Shown piece by piece: positions 18,542-28,381 of a stretch of DNA of 64,000 bases. The DNA is from an uncultured Actinomycetes bacterium (GTDB taxonomy: Bacteria > Actinomycetota > UBA4738 > HRBIN12), in assembly GCA_963704725.1 (NCBI GenBank), contig OY969934.1:544001-608000 (forward strand), read 5' to 3'. The notes below the pieces were generated by a model. It worked only from the letters and a program-made list of their open reading frames with translations. It ran no database searches and was not told the origin of the DNA. Position 1 is the first letter of the stretch. Each line of letters opens with the position of its first letter. Position numbers and translations under genes: made by a program.

Positions 18542-19750
18542 GTGGAAGCACGCGTGATCCGGGGTCCCGAACGTCCTGCCGTGCCCCCCCTGAGGGCCGT
18601 CCGGGAGGGCGAGCGCGCACCCGCCCGCCCGTGCGCCGACCGCCCGGAGCTGCCCGACACCGAGGAGCAGTTCCGACAGCTGTTCGCCGCCTCGCCCGAC
18701 GCCATCGTGCTCATCGACCCGTCCGACCCCGACGTCTCGTGGCCGATCGTGGACTGCAACGAGGCGGCGTGCCGGATGAACGGGTACGCCCGCGAGGAGC
18801 TGATCGGCCGGTCCATCGACGTCCTCAACCTGACGGAGGGGACGCCGCAGGAGCGGGCGACCTATCTGGCGCGTCTGCAGCGCAAGGGAGTGATCAAGCT
18901 CGAGACGAACCACCGCCATCGCGACGGGCACGTGATCCCGGTCGAGGTCTCAACCTCCCTCGTGGTCATCGGAGGGCGCGAGCTCGTCCTGGGCGTCGAC
19001 CGGGACATCTCCCTGCGCAAGCAGAACCAGGAGAAGCTGCGCGCGAGCTACGAGGCCCTTCGAAGGGCCGACGAGGAGCGCGGCCGGCTGCTGGCGCGTC
19101 TGGTCGCGGGGCACGAGGAAGAGCGCATGCGCGTGGCCGACGACATCCACGACGACTCGGTCCAGGTCCTGACGGCCGTGTCGTTCCGCCTCGCCGCGCT
19201 CCGCTCCCACCTTCCCCAGGACCTGGAGTCGAAGGTGCTGCAGCTCGAGGAGACCGTCGAGCAGGCGATCGCGCGGATGCGGCACCTCATGTTCGAGCTG
19301 CGACCGGCCTCGCTCGACCGCGTGGGGCTCGCCGCCGCGTTGCGCGAGTACGTGGAGCGGATGAGCGGGGACGGCCAGCCGCTCGTCGCCTTCGTCGATC
19401 ACCTGGAGCGCGAGCCGTCACCCGACATGCGCATCCTCCTGTACCGGCTGGTCCAGGAGGCCCTCACCAACGTCCGCAAGCACGCCGGCGCCTGGCACGT
19501 CGAGGTCTCGACCCGTCGCGAGGGCGAAGGGGTGCTCGTCCGCGTGGTCGACGACGGCGTCGGTTTCGACGTCCAGCTGAGACAGACGCCGGGACATCTC
19601 GGCCTCATCTCGATGCGCGAGCGCGCCGAGCTGGTCGGTGGATGGTTCGCGGTGGAGAGCGCTCCCGGGCGGGGCACCACCGTCGCGTTCTGGATCCCGG
19701 ACGCGGCGACCGGACGCCTGGCGCCCCCGAACGGCCGAACGCCCGCCTGA
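18542..19750 (+). CDS. Cytoplasmic PAS-domain sensor histidine kinase (HisKA_3), orphan
   Basis: PAS domain (FRQLFAASPDAI..CNEAACRMNGY), EERMRVADDIHDDSVQ, QEALTNVRKHA, DDGVGFD. Start uncertain. Confidence 0.88.
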   Translation: MEARVIRGPERPAVPPLRAVREGERAPARPCADRPELPDTEEQFRQLFAASPDAIVLIDPSDPDVSWPIVDCNEAACRMNGYAREELIGRSIDVLNLTEGTPQERATYLARLQRKGVIKLETNHRHRDGHVIPVEVSTSLVVIGGRELVLGVDRDISLRKQNQEKLRASYEALRRADEERGRLLARLVAGHEEERMRVADDIHDDSVQVLTAVSFRLAALRSHLPQDLESKVLQLEETVEQAIARMRHLMFELRPASLDRVGLAAALREYVERMSGDGQPLVAFVDHLEREPSPDMRILLYRLVQEALTNVRKHAGAWHVEVSTRREGEGVLVRVVDDGVGFDVQLRQTPGHLGLISMRERAELVGGWFAVESAPGRGTTVAFWIPDAATGRLAPPNGRTPA

Positions 19751-19798
19751 ACTTCCCGGCGGGGACCTGGGCGGCCGTCCCGACATACTGGTCGGGCC

Positions 19799-21152
19799 AT
19801 GGACCGAGACGCCTCGCGGCGCACCCTGCTCGTCGTCCCGCTCGCGATCGCCGTGGCCGTGGCGTTCGCCGACTCCTCGATCGTCGTGCTGGCGCTGCCC
19901 GAGCTCTACGCGCGGTTCGACACCACGATCGCCGGCGTGGCGTGGGTGGTCACCGCGTTCAACGTCGTGGTCGCGATCGGCGCGCTCGCGATCGCCCTCG
20001 TGCCCCGCACCCGCCCGAGGGTGCTGCTCGCCGCGGGATCGCTCCTGTTCCTCGGGGCATCGGTGGCGTGCGCGCTCGCCGGGTCGCTCGGGTCGCTCGT
20101 CGCGGCGCGCTCCGTGCAGGGTGCCGGCGCGGCGCTCCTGTTGGCCGGCGCGCTGCCGGTCCTGCGCGACCTGGCGGGATCTGCCGGGCGCGGAGCCGCG
20201 ATCTGGACGATGGCCGGGAACGTTCGGCGCGGCGCTCGGCCCGGCCCTCGGCGGCGCTCTGACGCAGGCGTTCGACTGGCGGGCGATCTTCGTGGCCCAG
20301 GCCCCGGTCGCCGGTGCCGCGTTGCTCGCCGCGGCGGGCTCGCGCCGCGGGCCCGTCGAGCCCGAGCCCGCGGAGACGCCGCTCGTCAGGACGGTGCGGC
20401 CCAACGTCACGCTCGGCCTCGTCTTCGGAGCGCTGGTCGGTTCGCTCTTCCTCGGCGTGCTGCTGGTCGTCGACGTGTTCGGCTACGCGCCGCTGCGCGG
20501 GGCGGCCGTCGTCTCGGTCATCCCGGCGGCGGCGCTCGCCGTTCGACCGGTCGCGACGCGACTGCCGGACGGGCTCGCGACGCGAGCCGGGGCGGGTCTG
20601 CTCGCGGCGGGCCTGGTGGGCCTGGGGCTCCTGCCTTCGAGCGACGTGGGGTACGCGATCGCGTCGTTCGCGCTGTGCGGCGCCGGGCTGGGTCTGTGCG
20701 TCCCCGGCCTCACCGGGCGGGCGCTCGGCGGGGGCGGGGAGCGAGCCGGCGCCTTCACCGTCGGCCTGCGCCACCTGGGCCTCGTCCTGTCGCTGGCGAT
20801 CGTGGCGCCGGTCCTGGCCGGCGACCTGGTGGCCTCCGCCCACGTCGCGGAGCTCAACGCCACCGCCGCCATCGTCGACGGGCAGATCCCGGCGACGACG
20901 AAGATCCCGCTCGCGCTCGACATCCGCGACGTCCTCGATCGGTCACCGCGAGGCGCGATCCCCGACCTCGCGCCGCCGTTCGAGGCGCACGGGTCGAGCA
21001 CCGACGCGCGGGTCCGGGACCTCCAGGACGACGTCGGAGACACGATCGCGATCGCGATCACCCGGGGATTCCGACCGTCGTTCCTGTTCTGCGCGCTCCT
21101 CGCGGCGCTCGCGATCGTCGTCGCGCCTCAGCGCCGGAAGGACGAGCCGTGA
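19799..21152 (+). CDS. MFS transporter, frameshift near 20219
   Basis: FADSSIVVLALP and ARSVQGAGAA in one frame. Continues as TFGAALGPALGGALTQAFDWRAIF in the +1 frame. Confidence 0.8.
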
Positions 21153-21592
21153 AGGGCCGGCCGCTGGCCGTGGTGGCGATGCTCCTCGTGGGTGCGGGGG
21201 CGCTGCTGGTCGTCGAGCTCGCGAACGGTGCGCTCGGCGCCGGCGAGCTCGCCGTGCGCGACCCGTGCGAGGCCCGGCCGTCGTTCCCGGGCTCGGGCCT
21301 GGACGCGACGATCCAGCGCGTCGTGCTCGACGGGATCGACGGCGCCGCGTGCGAGCTTCGGACCTCGCGCGAGGAGCTGCTGCTCTCGCTCGCGACCGAC
21401 GGGCCGATCCGCTGGGACGACGCGACGATCGAGCGGGCGCTCCGAACCGGCCTCCTCGGCGCGATCGACGACGCCGAGAGCCGCGGAACGCTGAACGGGT
21501 TCGTCGCCGCGCTGCTCCGGCAGGTCGCCGAGCGGGCCCCGGTCCAGTGGCTGATCGACGGCGGCCAGGGGATCGCCGGGCTGCTGGGCTGA
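21149..21592 (+). CDS. Hypothetical membrane-anchored protein, coupled to the MFS gene
   Basis: GTGA overlap, N-terminal hydrophobic helix, DPC...LDGIDGAACEL..SREEL. Codon usage looks coding. Confidence 0.7.
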   Translation: MKGRPLAVVAMLLVGAGALLVVELANGALGAGELAVRDPCEARPSFPGSGLDATIQRVVLDGIDGAACELRTSREELLLSLATDGPIRWDDATIERALRTGLLGAIDDAESRGTLNGFVAALLRQVAERAPVQWLIDGGQGIAGLLG

Positions 21593-21599
21593 GGAAACC

Positions 21600-21993
21600 C
21601 GGGGCCCTGACGATCCGGAGCCGACCGCCGGGCGGAGCCTCGGCCCGCCGGCCGTGGCGTGATGCGCCGTGGCGACGACCCGACATCGTCTCGAGCGAGA
21701 TCGCGAGCGCCACGACGAGCGTCTGGCGTGCCGACGATCAACCCGGCCACGATCAGGCCGAGCGTGAACCACCCCGAGCCCCGAGGCGATCAGGATGAAG
21801 GCGGTCGCTCCGCCGGGCCCGCGACCACCCCGCCGACACGCACATGACCTGACCCGCCACGGCCAGCACGACGATCGCGGATCGCGGGCTCCCGAGCATC
21901 GGCCATCCCCAATCCCGCGACACCGCGAGCGCGATCGCGGCGACCGCCGCCGCCAGGAGCGTCTCGAACCCCGTCCCTCCAGGTGAGCTTCAT
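21600..21993 (-). pseudogene. Small four-helix membrane protein broken by several frameshifts (possibly sequencing errors)
   Basis: ATG 21993 MKLTWRDG, then hydrophobic segments FETLLAAAVAAIALAV, AFILIASGLG, TLGLIVAGLIVG and TLVVALAISL in successive frames. 3' end approximate. Confidence 0.5.
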
Positions 21994-22295
21994 CGCGTCC
22001 CCCCCGTCTCGGACCCTCGACCCCATGGTCCGGACGCGGCGGGGTCTGCGGCAGGTCCCGTTCGCCCTCGTCCCGGTCGTGACCAACGGGAGAACGACTC
22101 GGGGGCGGGGCGGGTGAACCTGCGGCGTGCGATGGTCAATACGTGCCACAGCGGGCCCGCGCACGTCGATCGTCACAGGAACCTGCCGGCGTGCGCTTCC
22201 CATGACGGCGACCGCTCGCTCTCCTATCTTGAAGGGGACGAACCGCCGCCCGCCGGCCGAGGACTCGGCCCGATCGCGAAAGACGAGGACCGCTG

Positions 22296-24484
22296 ATGAC
22301 CTCCTTCCTCTACCGGCTCGGCCGCGGGGCGGCCCGGCGCCGCTGGCTCACCATCGGGATCTGGGTGGCCGTGGTCGTCGCCATCTTCGGCGCCGGCTCG
22401 GCGCTCGGCGGCAAGCTCACCGACGACTTCAACATCCCCGACGCCGAGTCGCAGCGCGCGTACGACGTGCTCGCCGACCGCTTCCCCTCCGCCTCCGGCA
22501 CGTCGGCGGACATCGTGTTCCACGCCCGGGGCCGGGGGGTCCTGACCGACGACGCGAACGCGGCCGTCGTCGCCGATACCGTCGCCGCGCTCGCCGACCT
22601 CCCGCACGTGCTCCAGGTCACGAACCCGCTCGAGACGCCGGGGACGCTGTCCCAGAGCGAGGAGATCGGGTTCGCACAGGTCGCGTACGACCTGCCCGCC
22701 GATCAGCTCGGCACCGAGGCGTTCACACAGCTCGAGGACGCCGTCGAGGAGGTTCGGACCCCGCAGGTCCAGATCGAGATCGGGGGCGAGTTCGCCTCGT
22801 TCGGCGATCAGCCGGACACCGGGAGCTCCGAGGCGGTCGGCCTGCTCGCCGCGATGGTGATCCTGCTCGTCGCGTTCGGCTCGCTGGTGGCGATGGCCCT
22901 GCCCGTCGGGACGGCGGTGATCGGCCTGGCCACCGGCCTGGGACTCACGATCGTGGTGGCCTCGTTCGTGAACGTGCCCGTGTTCTCCACGACGCTCTCG
23001 ACGATGATCGGGCTCGGCGTGGGGATCGACTACGCCCTGTTCCTGGTCACGCGGTACCGGCAGAACCTGCAGGCCGGGATGGAGCCGCTGCACGCGATCG
23101 GCGTCGCGAACGCCACCTCCGGCCAGGCGGTCCTGTTCGCCGGCGCCACGGTGGTCCTGGCCATCCTCGGCCTGTGGATCTCGGGCATCGCGTTCGTGGG
23201 GATGATGGCCACGGCGACGGCGATCGTGGTGGCGGTGGCGGTGGCCGCGGCGATCACGCTCCTGCCGGCGCTGCTGGGGTTCGCGGGTCGGGCCATCGAC
23301 AAGCTGAGCGTGCACCGGATCCTCCGGCGGGCGGACGCCTCGTCCGAGCGCGAGAACATCTGGGCCCGGTGGGGGCGCCAGGTCGAGCGCCGTCCGTGGC
23401 GGTACTTCACCGCGGCCCTGCTCGTGCTCCTCGATCCTCGCGATCCCGTTCTTCTCGATGAAGCTGGGGATGCCCGACGACGGGACGGCGCCGACGTCGG
23501 AGTCGCGACGCCGCGCCTACGACCTGCTGGCCGAGGGGTTCGGCCCCGGGTTCAACGGGCCGCTGCTGCTCTCGGTGGAGATCCAGGACCCGGCCGCGCT
23601 CGGGCAGGCTCGACGGCCTCGTCGCGGCGCTCGGCGAGGCCGACGGCATCGCGGCGGTCTCGCCCGCGCAGCCCAACCAGCGCGGCGACGCCGCGGTCAT
23701 CCAGGTGATCCCGGCGACGTCGCCGCAGAACGACGCGACGACCACGCTCGTCCACCGGCTGCGCGACGAGGTCATCCCGCAGGCCACGCCGGACGGCGCG
23801 ATCGTGTACGTCGGCGGGCTCACCGCGACGTTCATCGACCTCTCCGAGCGCGTGACGAACGCCCTGCCCTGGTTCATCGGCGCCGTCGTCCTCCTGTCGT
23901 TCCTGCTCCTCATGGTCGTGTTCCGTTCGGTCCTGGTGCCGCTGAAGGCCGCGGTGATGAACCTGCTCTCGATCGGGGCCTCGTACGGCGTGATCGTGGC
24001 GATCTTCCAGTGGGGGTGGGGGCGGAGCCTGCTCGGCATCGAGAACCCGGTCCCCATCGTGAGCTTCGTCCCGATGATGATGTTCGCGGTGCTGTTCGGC
24101 CTGTCGATGGACTACGAGGTCTTCCTGCTCTCGCGGATCCGGGAGGAGTACCTGAAGACCCGGAACAACGTCGAGAGCGTGGTCACCGGTATCTCGACGA
24201 CGGCCCGAGTCATCACGAGCGCCGCGGTCATCATGATCGCGGTGTTCCTGAGCTTCGTGGCGCTGCCCGATCCCATCGCCAAGATGTTCGGTATCGGGCT
24301 GGCCACCGCCGTGCTCATCGACGCCACGGTCGTCCGGGTCGTCCTGGTCCCGGCGACGATGGTGCTGATCGGCGACGCCAACTGGTGGCTGCCCCGCTGG
24401 CTCGACCGCATCCTGCCGAAGATGCACCTCGAGGTGGACGTGGAGGAGCCCGAGGCCGCCCTCGAGCCCGTCTCCGTGCCGTAG
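22296..24484 (+). CDS. MMPL-family (RND-like) transporter, frameshifts near 23433 and 23608
   Basis: GLGVGIDYALFLVTRYR, AYDLLAEGFGPGFNGP, FGLSMDYEVFLLSRIRE and NWWLPRWLDR spread over three frames. Confidence 0.9.
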
Positions 24485-24707
24485 GAGCCCGGGCCGCGAT
24501 CCGAAGACACCCGGAATGGGGTAGATAGCCGGCGCCCGCCGCAAGCCGATGCTCTTGGTAGGCCGGTCGTTCGACCAGGGCCGACCTCCAGCGTCAGGCT
24601 CGGTCCATCCTCGTGATGGCTCGGGTCCTAGGCTTCCCGGGTGCTCGAGCCTGGCGCCGGGGGCCGGCGTAACCGCGCCGGAGCCCTCTGCTAGAGTCCC
24701 GCCCCTC

Positions 24708-25086
24708 GTGGACTGGCGGCTCGAGCTCGTGCAGGTCCCCGTGTCGGACGTCGACCGGGCCAAGGCGTTCTACGTCGACCAGGTCGGCTTCCACGCGGAC
24801 CACGACCACCGAGTGAGACGACGAGATCCGCTTCGTCCAGCTCACGCCGCCCGGATCGGCGTGCTCGATCTCCCTGGCCAGCGGACCGCTCACCGCCGGG
24901 ATGGCTCCGGGCTCGGTGCAGGGGCTACAGGTCGTGGTGGCGGACATCGAGGCCGCCCGCGCCAAGCTCGTCGAGCGCGGCGTCGAGGTCAGCGAGGTCC
25001 AGCACTTCGACTGGGGCTCGTTCGTGTTCTTCAGCGACCCCGACGGCAACGGCTGGGCCGTGCAGGCCATCCCCGGCCGCAGCTAG
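24708..25086 (+). CDS. VOC/glyoxalase family protein, frameshift near 24818
   Basis: MDWRLELVQVPVSDVDRAKAFY, then IRFVQLTPPGSACSI and FSDPDGNGWAVQ in the +1 frame. Confidence 0.85.
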
Positions 25087-25127
25087 TCTGCGCCAGCCCC
25101 TGCCGCGCTCCCCGCGCCGACGCGACC

Positions 25128-25580
25128 CTAAGGCCCGCCTGCCGACAGCGCCTCCAGGATGCGAGCTCCATTCGCTTGAAGCGACGCAAGTGACTTCTCG
25201 ACGTAGCTGAAGACCGCTCCTTCGTACTCAGACGTTGCCTCGTCTCGCGGCAGGAGGATTGGGTCAAGAGCAGCCACCTCCTCCCCGGTTCCCGTTTCAA
25301 TCGTGAACCGCATGATGTCCCGATCGGTTGCATCAGCGAAGAACGGCCTGCCCCCTGCTGCCAATCGAACGGCATCGTTGGGTGCAACCACGAGAAGGAC
25401 AATGACATCCTCGAACTCCTGCGACTCACTTCGAGTGAACGTAGCGATCATTCGATATGTCTCGTTGCCTGGTGCGTCAGCACCAGCCCCACCAAGGATG
25501 TGAGGATCTTGCGCCCGAACTGTCGCCACTAGCTCGTCAAATGCTGGCTTCAGTCGATCAGTAACCTCCTGCCAATGCAC
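25128..25580 (-). CDS. Hypothetical protein with atypical (lower-GC) codon usage
   Basis: GGAGGAGG RBS before GTG 25580. Globular-looking 150-aa sequence with many A/T-ending codons. Confidence 0.6.
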   Translation of the reverse strand: MHWQEVTDRLKPAFDELVATVRAQDPHILGGAGADAPGNETYRMIATFTRSESQEFEDVIVLLVVAPNDAVRLAAGGRPFFADATDRDIMRFTIETGTGEEVAALDPILLPRDEATSEYEGAVFSYVEKSLASLQANGARILEALSAGGP

Positions 25581-25871
25581 GGGTCCTCCTCCTCCGACGT
25601 GCACTGCTCCTCCGCCACCCGGGCATACATGACTCTGACTGGCTCCCTGGTTAGCAGGTTGGGGCTCGCCAAGGTGGGTCAGTCCCCGGGCGGCAGATCC
25701 TAGGGGATTGTCCTCATGCCGAGCAGCACCGACCGCGTCCACCGGGGTTTCTCGCTGAGGTCGTGCGCCAGCGAGGGAGTCCGGCAGGAGGCCCCCGGCA
25801 CTGTCCAGGGAGCTTGGGGCGTCTCGCCCGGCGTCGTTGCCATACCGCGGGACTTGCCGCACCATGGACGG

Positions 25872-26073
25872 CACGAGAGGAAGGAGGTGGTCCAACTGCA
25901 TAGACAGATGGAGACCCTCGAGGTGACTGGCTGCTGAGCCATCCCTCGCGGGCCGGGGCCACCGCCCCGCCCGTTTGCCGGGAGACCGGCAGAATCCAAC
26001 CAGCTCACCGACCTCACGCGCTCCGGTTGGTCTACCGGACGAAGCCTCGACGCAGGCCGAAGCGCACGTGAGG
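25872..26073 (+). ncRNA. Candidate structured RNA with extended Shine-Dalgarno and 13-aa micro-ORF (25896-25937)
   Basis: TTGCCA-17-CACCAT promoter-like at 25837-25865; AAGGAGGTGGTCCA at 25881; long-range pair GGTGACTGG/CCAGCTCACC; GAGA-loop hairpin 25976-25991; three-way junction 26012-26073. Confidence 0.55.
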
Positions 26074-26229
26074 ACCGAGTCACCGAACCGGGCCGGGCCC
26101 CGCGCGGGTCCGGCCCGTTCGCGTTCGCCGACCGAGGCGCCCGGCCGCCGCCGAACGGTCCGATTGGTCTCCCGATCCTGCCCGACCGGCTCGTAGGCTC
26201 GGGGCGGGGGCCGACCAGGGAGGGTGGGG

Positions 26230-27600
26230 ATGACCGCGAAGGCGAAGGAGGGAAGCGCCGCGCGTCCCGCGCGGGGCGGATCGCAGGACCTGTTCTACGC
26301 GTCGGGGGCCACGGCGGAGCTCCCGCGCATCGTCCGCGGTGAGGGCGTCTACCTCTGGGACGACGTCGGCAACCGGTACCTGGACGTGGCCTCGGGCGCG
26401 TTCCTGTCGAACCTCGGCCAGGGCAACGAGCGCGTCCTGCGAGCGATGCACGAGCAGGGCCGGCGGTTCACCTACTCGTACGTGCGCAACACGCGGCACG
26501 ACGCCAACGTCGAGCTCAGCGAACGCCTGGTCCGGCTCGCCGGTCCGGGCTTCGATCGCGTGTTCCTGTGCTCGAGCGGGTCCGATGCGATCGAGGCGGC
26601 CGTGCAGATCCTGCGCCAGCACGCGATCGCGATCGGGCAGCCGCAGCGCCATCGCGTGATCACGTTGATGCCGAGCTACCACGGGGGCACGCTCGCCACG
26701 ATCGGGCTGGGCGGGGATCGCGCCACCCCCGCGGTGTACGAGCCGATGGCGGTGTTCTCCGAGAAGGTGCCGGCGCCGCTCACGTGCCGGGCCGAGAGCC
26801 CGGAGGCGGCGGCCGTAGCCAGCGCTCGGGCGCTCGAGGAGACGATCCGGCGGGTGGGGCCGGAGTCCGTGCTCGCGTTCGTGATCGAGCCGGTCGGGGG
26901 CCAGTCGAGCGGGGCCAACGTGCCCGATCCCGTGTTCTTCGCCGAGGTGCGTCGCATCTGCACCGAGCACGGGATCCACCTGGTGTTCGACGAGATCGTC
27001 TCGGCCTTCCGGACGGGGCGGTTCCTCGCCGCCCACCACCACCCCTCCGCGCTGCCGGACGTCGTCGTGCTGGCCAAGGGGCTCGGAGCGGGCTACGCGC
27101 CGCTCGGCGCCGTGCTCGCCCCGGCCCGGCTCGTGGACCGGCTCGCCGAGACCACCGGCTTCCACGTCACCCGGTCCTCCGACGCCAACCCGATCGCCTG
27201 CGCCGCGGGGAGCGCGGTCCTGGACGAGGTCGTCGAACGCGGGCTCCTCGAGCGCGCCGGGGTGATCGGCGACCGGCTCCGGACCGGGTTGGAGCGCCTG
27301 GCCGCCCGCTCGCCGCTGGTGGGCGAGGTCCGAGGCCGGGGCATGCTCCTCGCGATCGAGCTGGTCCGCGACACGTCATCGATGGAGCGGTTCGATCCCG
27401 ACGTCGACCCGGCCGACCGGGTCCGCCATCACGGCGCTCGCCACGGGCTCCTCGTCTACTCGCGCCGCCAGAACGCCGGCACGTTCGGTGACTGGATCCT
27501 CGTGACCCCGCCGCTGGTGATCACCGAGGACGAGTGCGACGAGCTGCTCCTCGGCCTGGAGCGTGCCGTCGACGACGCCGCGGCCGACCTGCTGACCTGA
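26230..27600 (+). CDS. PLP-dependent aminotransferase class III
   Basis: GEGVYLWD..GNRYLD, SGSDAIEAA, SYHGGT, FVIEPVGG, FDEIVSAFRTG, LAKGLGAGY, RGRGMLLAIE. Confidence 0.92.
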   Translation: MTAKAKEGSAARPARGGSQDLFYASGATAELPRIVRGEGVYLWDDVGNRYLDVASGAFLSNLGQGNERVLRAMHEQGRRFTYSYVRNTRHDANVELSERLVRLAGPGFDRVFLCSSGSDAIEAAVQILRQHAIAIGQPQRHRVITLMPSYHGGTLATIGLGGDRATPAVYEPMAVFSEKVPAPLTCRAESPEAAAVASARALEETIRRVGPESVLAFVIEPVGGQSSGANVPDPVFFAEVRRICTEHGIHLVFDEIVSAFRTGRFLAAHHHPSALPDVVVLAKGLGAGYAPLGAVLAPARLVDRLAETTGFHVTRSSDANPIACAAGSAVLDEVVERGLLERAGVIGDRLRTGLERLAARSPLVGEVRGRGMLLAIELVRDTSSMERFDPDVDPADRVRHHGARHGLLVYSRRQNAGTFGDWILVTPPLVITEDECDELLLGLERAVDDAAADLLT

Positions 27601-27616
27601 CCTCGCTCTGGATCCG

Positions 27617-27937
27617 TCACGACCCTCCGGTCGTGGCCGGCGCCGGTGCCGGCGCGGGAGCCGGAGCGGCCACCGTGCCGCCCGGTGACGACCCGCCACC
27701 GGCGGGGACGTATCTCACCGGTGCGGTCGTCCTCGCGGGGGTGATCACGACGCGCCTCGTGATCTTCTTGACCAGGATCACGGGGCTCGTCGGTCCCGTC
27801 GCCGCGTTCTGCGCGGCGGGCTTGGGGGCCGCGGACAGGGCCACCCACGGGGTCAGGAACGCCAGCCCTCCGGCGATCCACGCCCAGAGGCGGAGGATCC
27901 TCCTGGGTGTTCGGCGACTCGGGGCACGGTCAGTCAT
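27617..27937 (-). CDS. Small membrane-anchored protein with Pro/Ala tail ending TTGGS
   Basis: ATG overlaps the upstream stop (ATGACTGA). One TM helix, low-complexity C-terminus. Confidence 0.6.
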   Translation of the reverse strand: MTDRAPSRRTPRRILRLWAWIAGGLAFLTPWVALSAAPKPAAQNAATGPTSPVILVKKITRRVVITPARTTAPVRYVPAGGGSSPGGTVAAPAPAPAPAPATTGGS

Positions 27938-28244
27938 CGTGGAAGCCACCCGAGGACTCGCCCTCGCCCTCGCCCTCGTACCCGTCGTCCTCCCCGAACG
28001 AGGCGGACCGCGGAGCCGAGACCTGGGCCGGAGCGGCGATCGTCCTGATCACCGGGGCGGGGTCCCTTCGTGCCTGTCGGTGCACCGTCACGGTGTGATG
28101 GATCGTGCGGACGTGTGGCGCCACCGCGGCGACGGATCCGGCCTGAGCCTGGGGGCCGATGATGCCGCTGGTGAACGCAACGGTCCCCGCGAGCAGCGCC
28201 GAGACGAGGGCCGCGGCGATGATCATGGCTGCACGCTTCTTCAT
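27930..28244 (-). CDS. Small secreted protein with acidic C-terminus
   Basis: AAGGAGG RBS, signal peptide MKKRAAMIIAAALVSALLAG, EDDGYEGEGEGE...HDD tail. Confidence 0.7.
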   Translation of the reverse strand: MKKRAAMIIAAALVSALLAGTVAFTSGIIGPQAQAGSVAAVAPHVRTIHHTVTVHRQARRDPAPVIRTIAAPAQVSAPRSASFGEDDGYEGEGEGESSGGFHDD

Positions 28245-28381
28245 GCTGCACCTCCTTCGTTCATCGGTCCCACGGTACGGACCGGCTCGCTAGCCGGATG
28301 TCAGGCCGCGGTTAACTCACCGCCAAACCTGGACGAAGGGAGACCTTTCGGGAGCGTTGCGTCCGAACGGGGTTCGGCGCG

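Noticed and set aside
25896-26230. Gly-Cys-TGA followed by hairpins, read as selenocysteine recoding given tRNA-Sec in the window
   Set aside because: Read-through gives a Pro/Arg/Gly-rich non-protein-like sequence, out of frame with the downstream gene. The hairpins are better explained as part of the RNA element.
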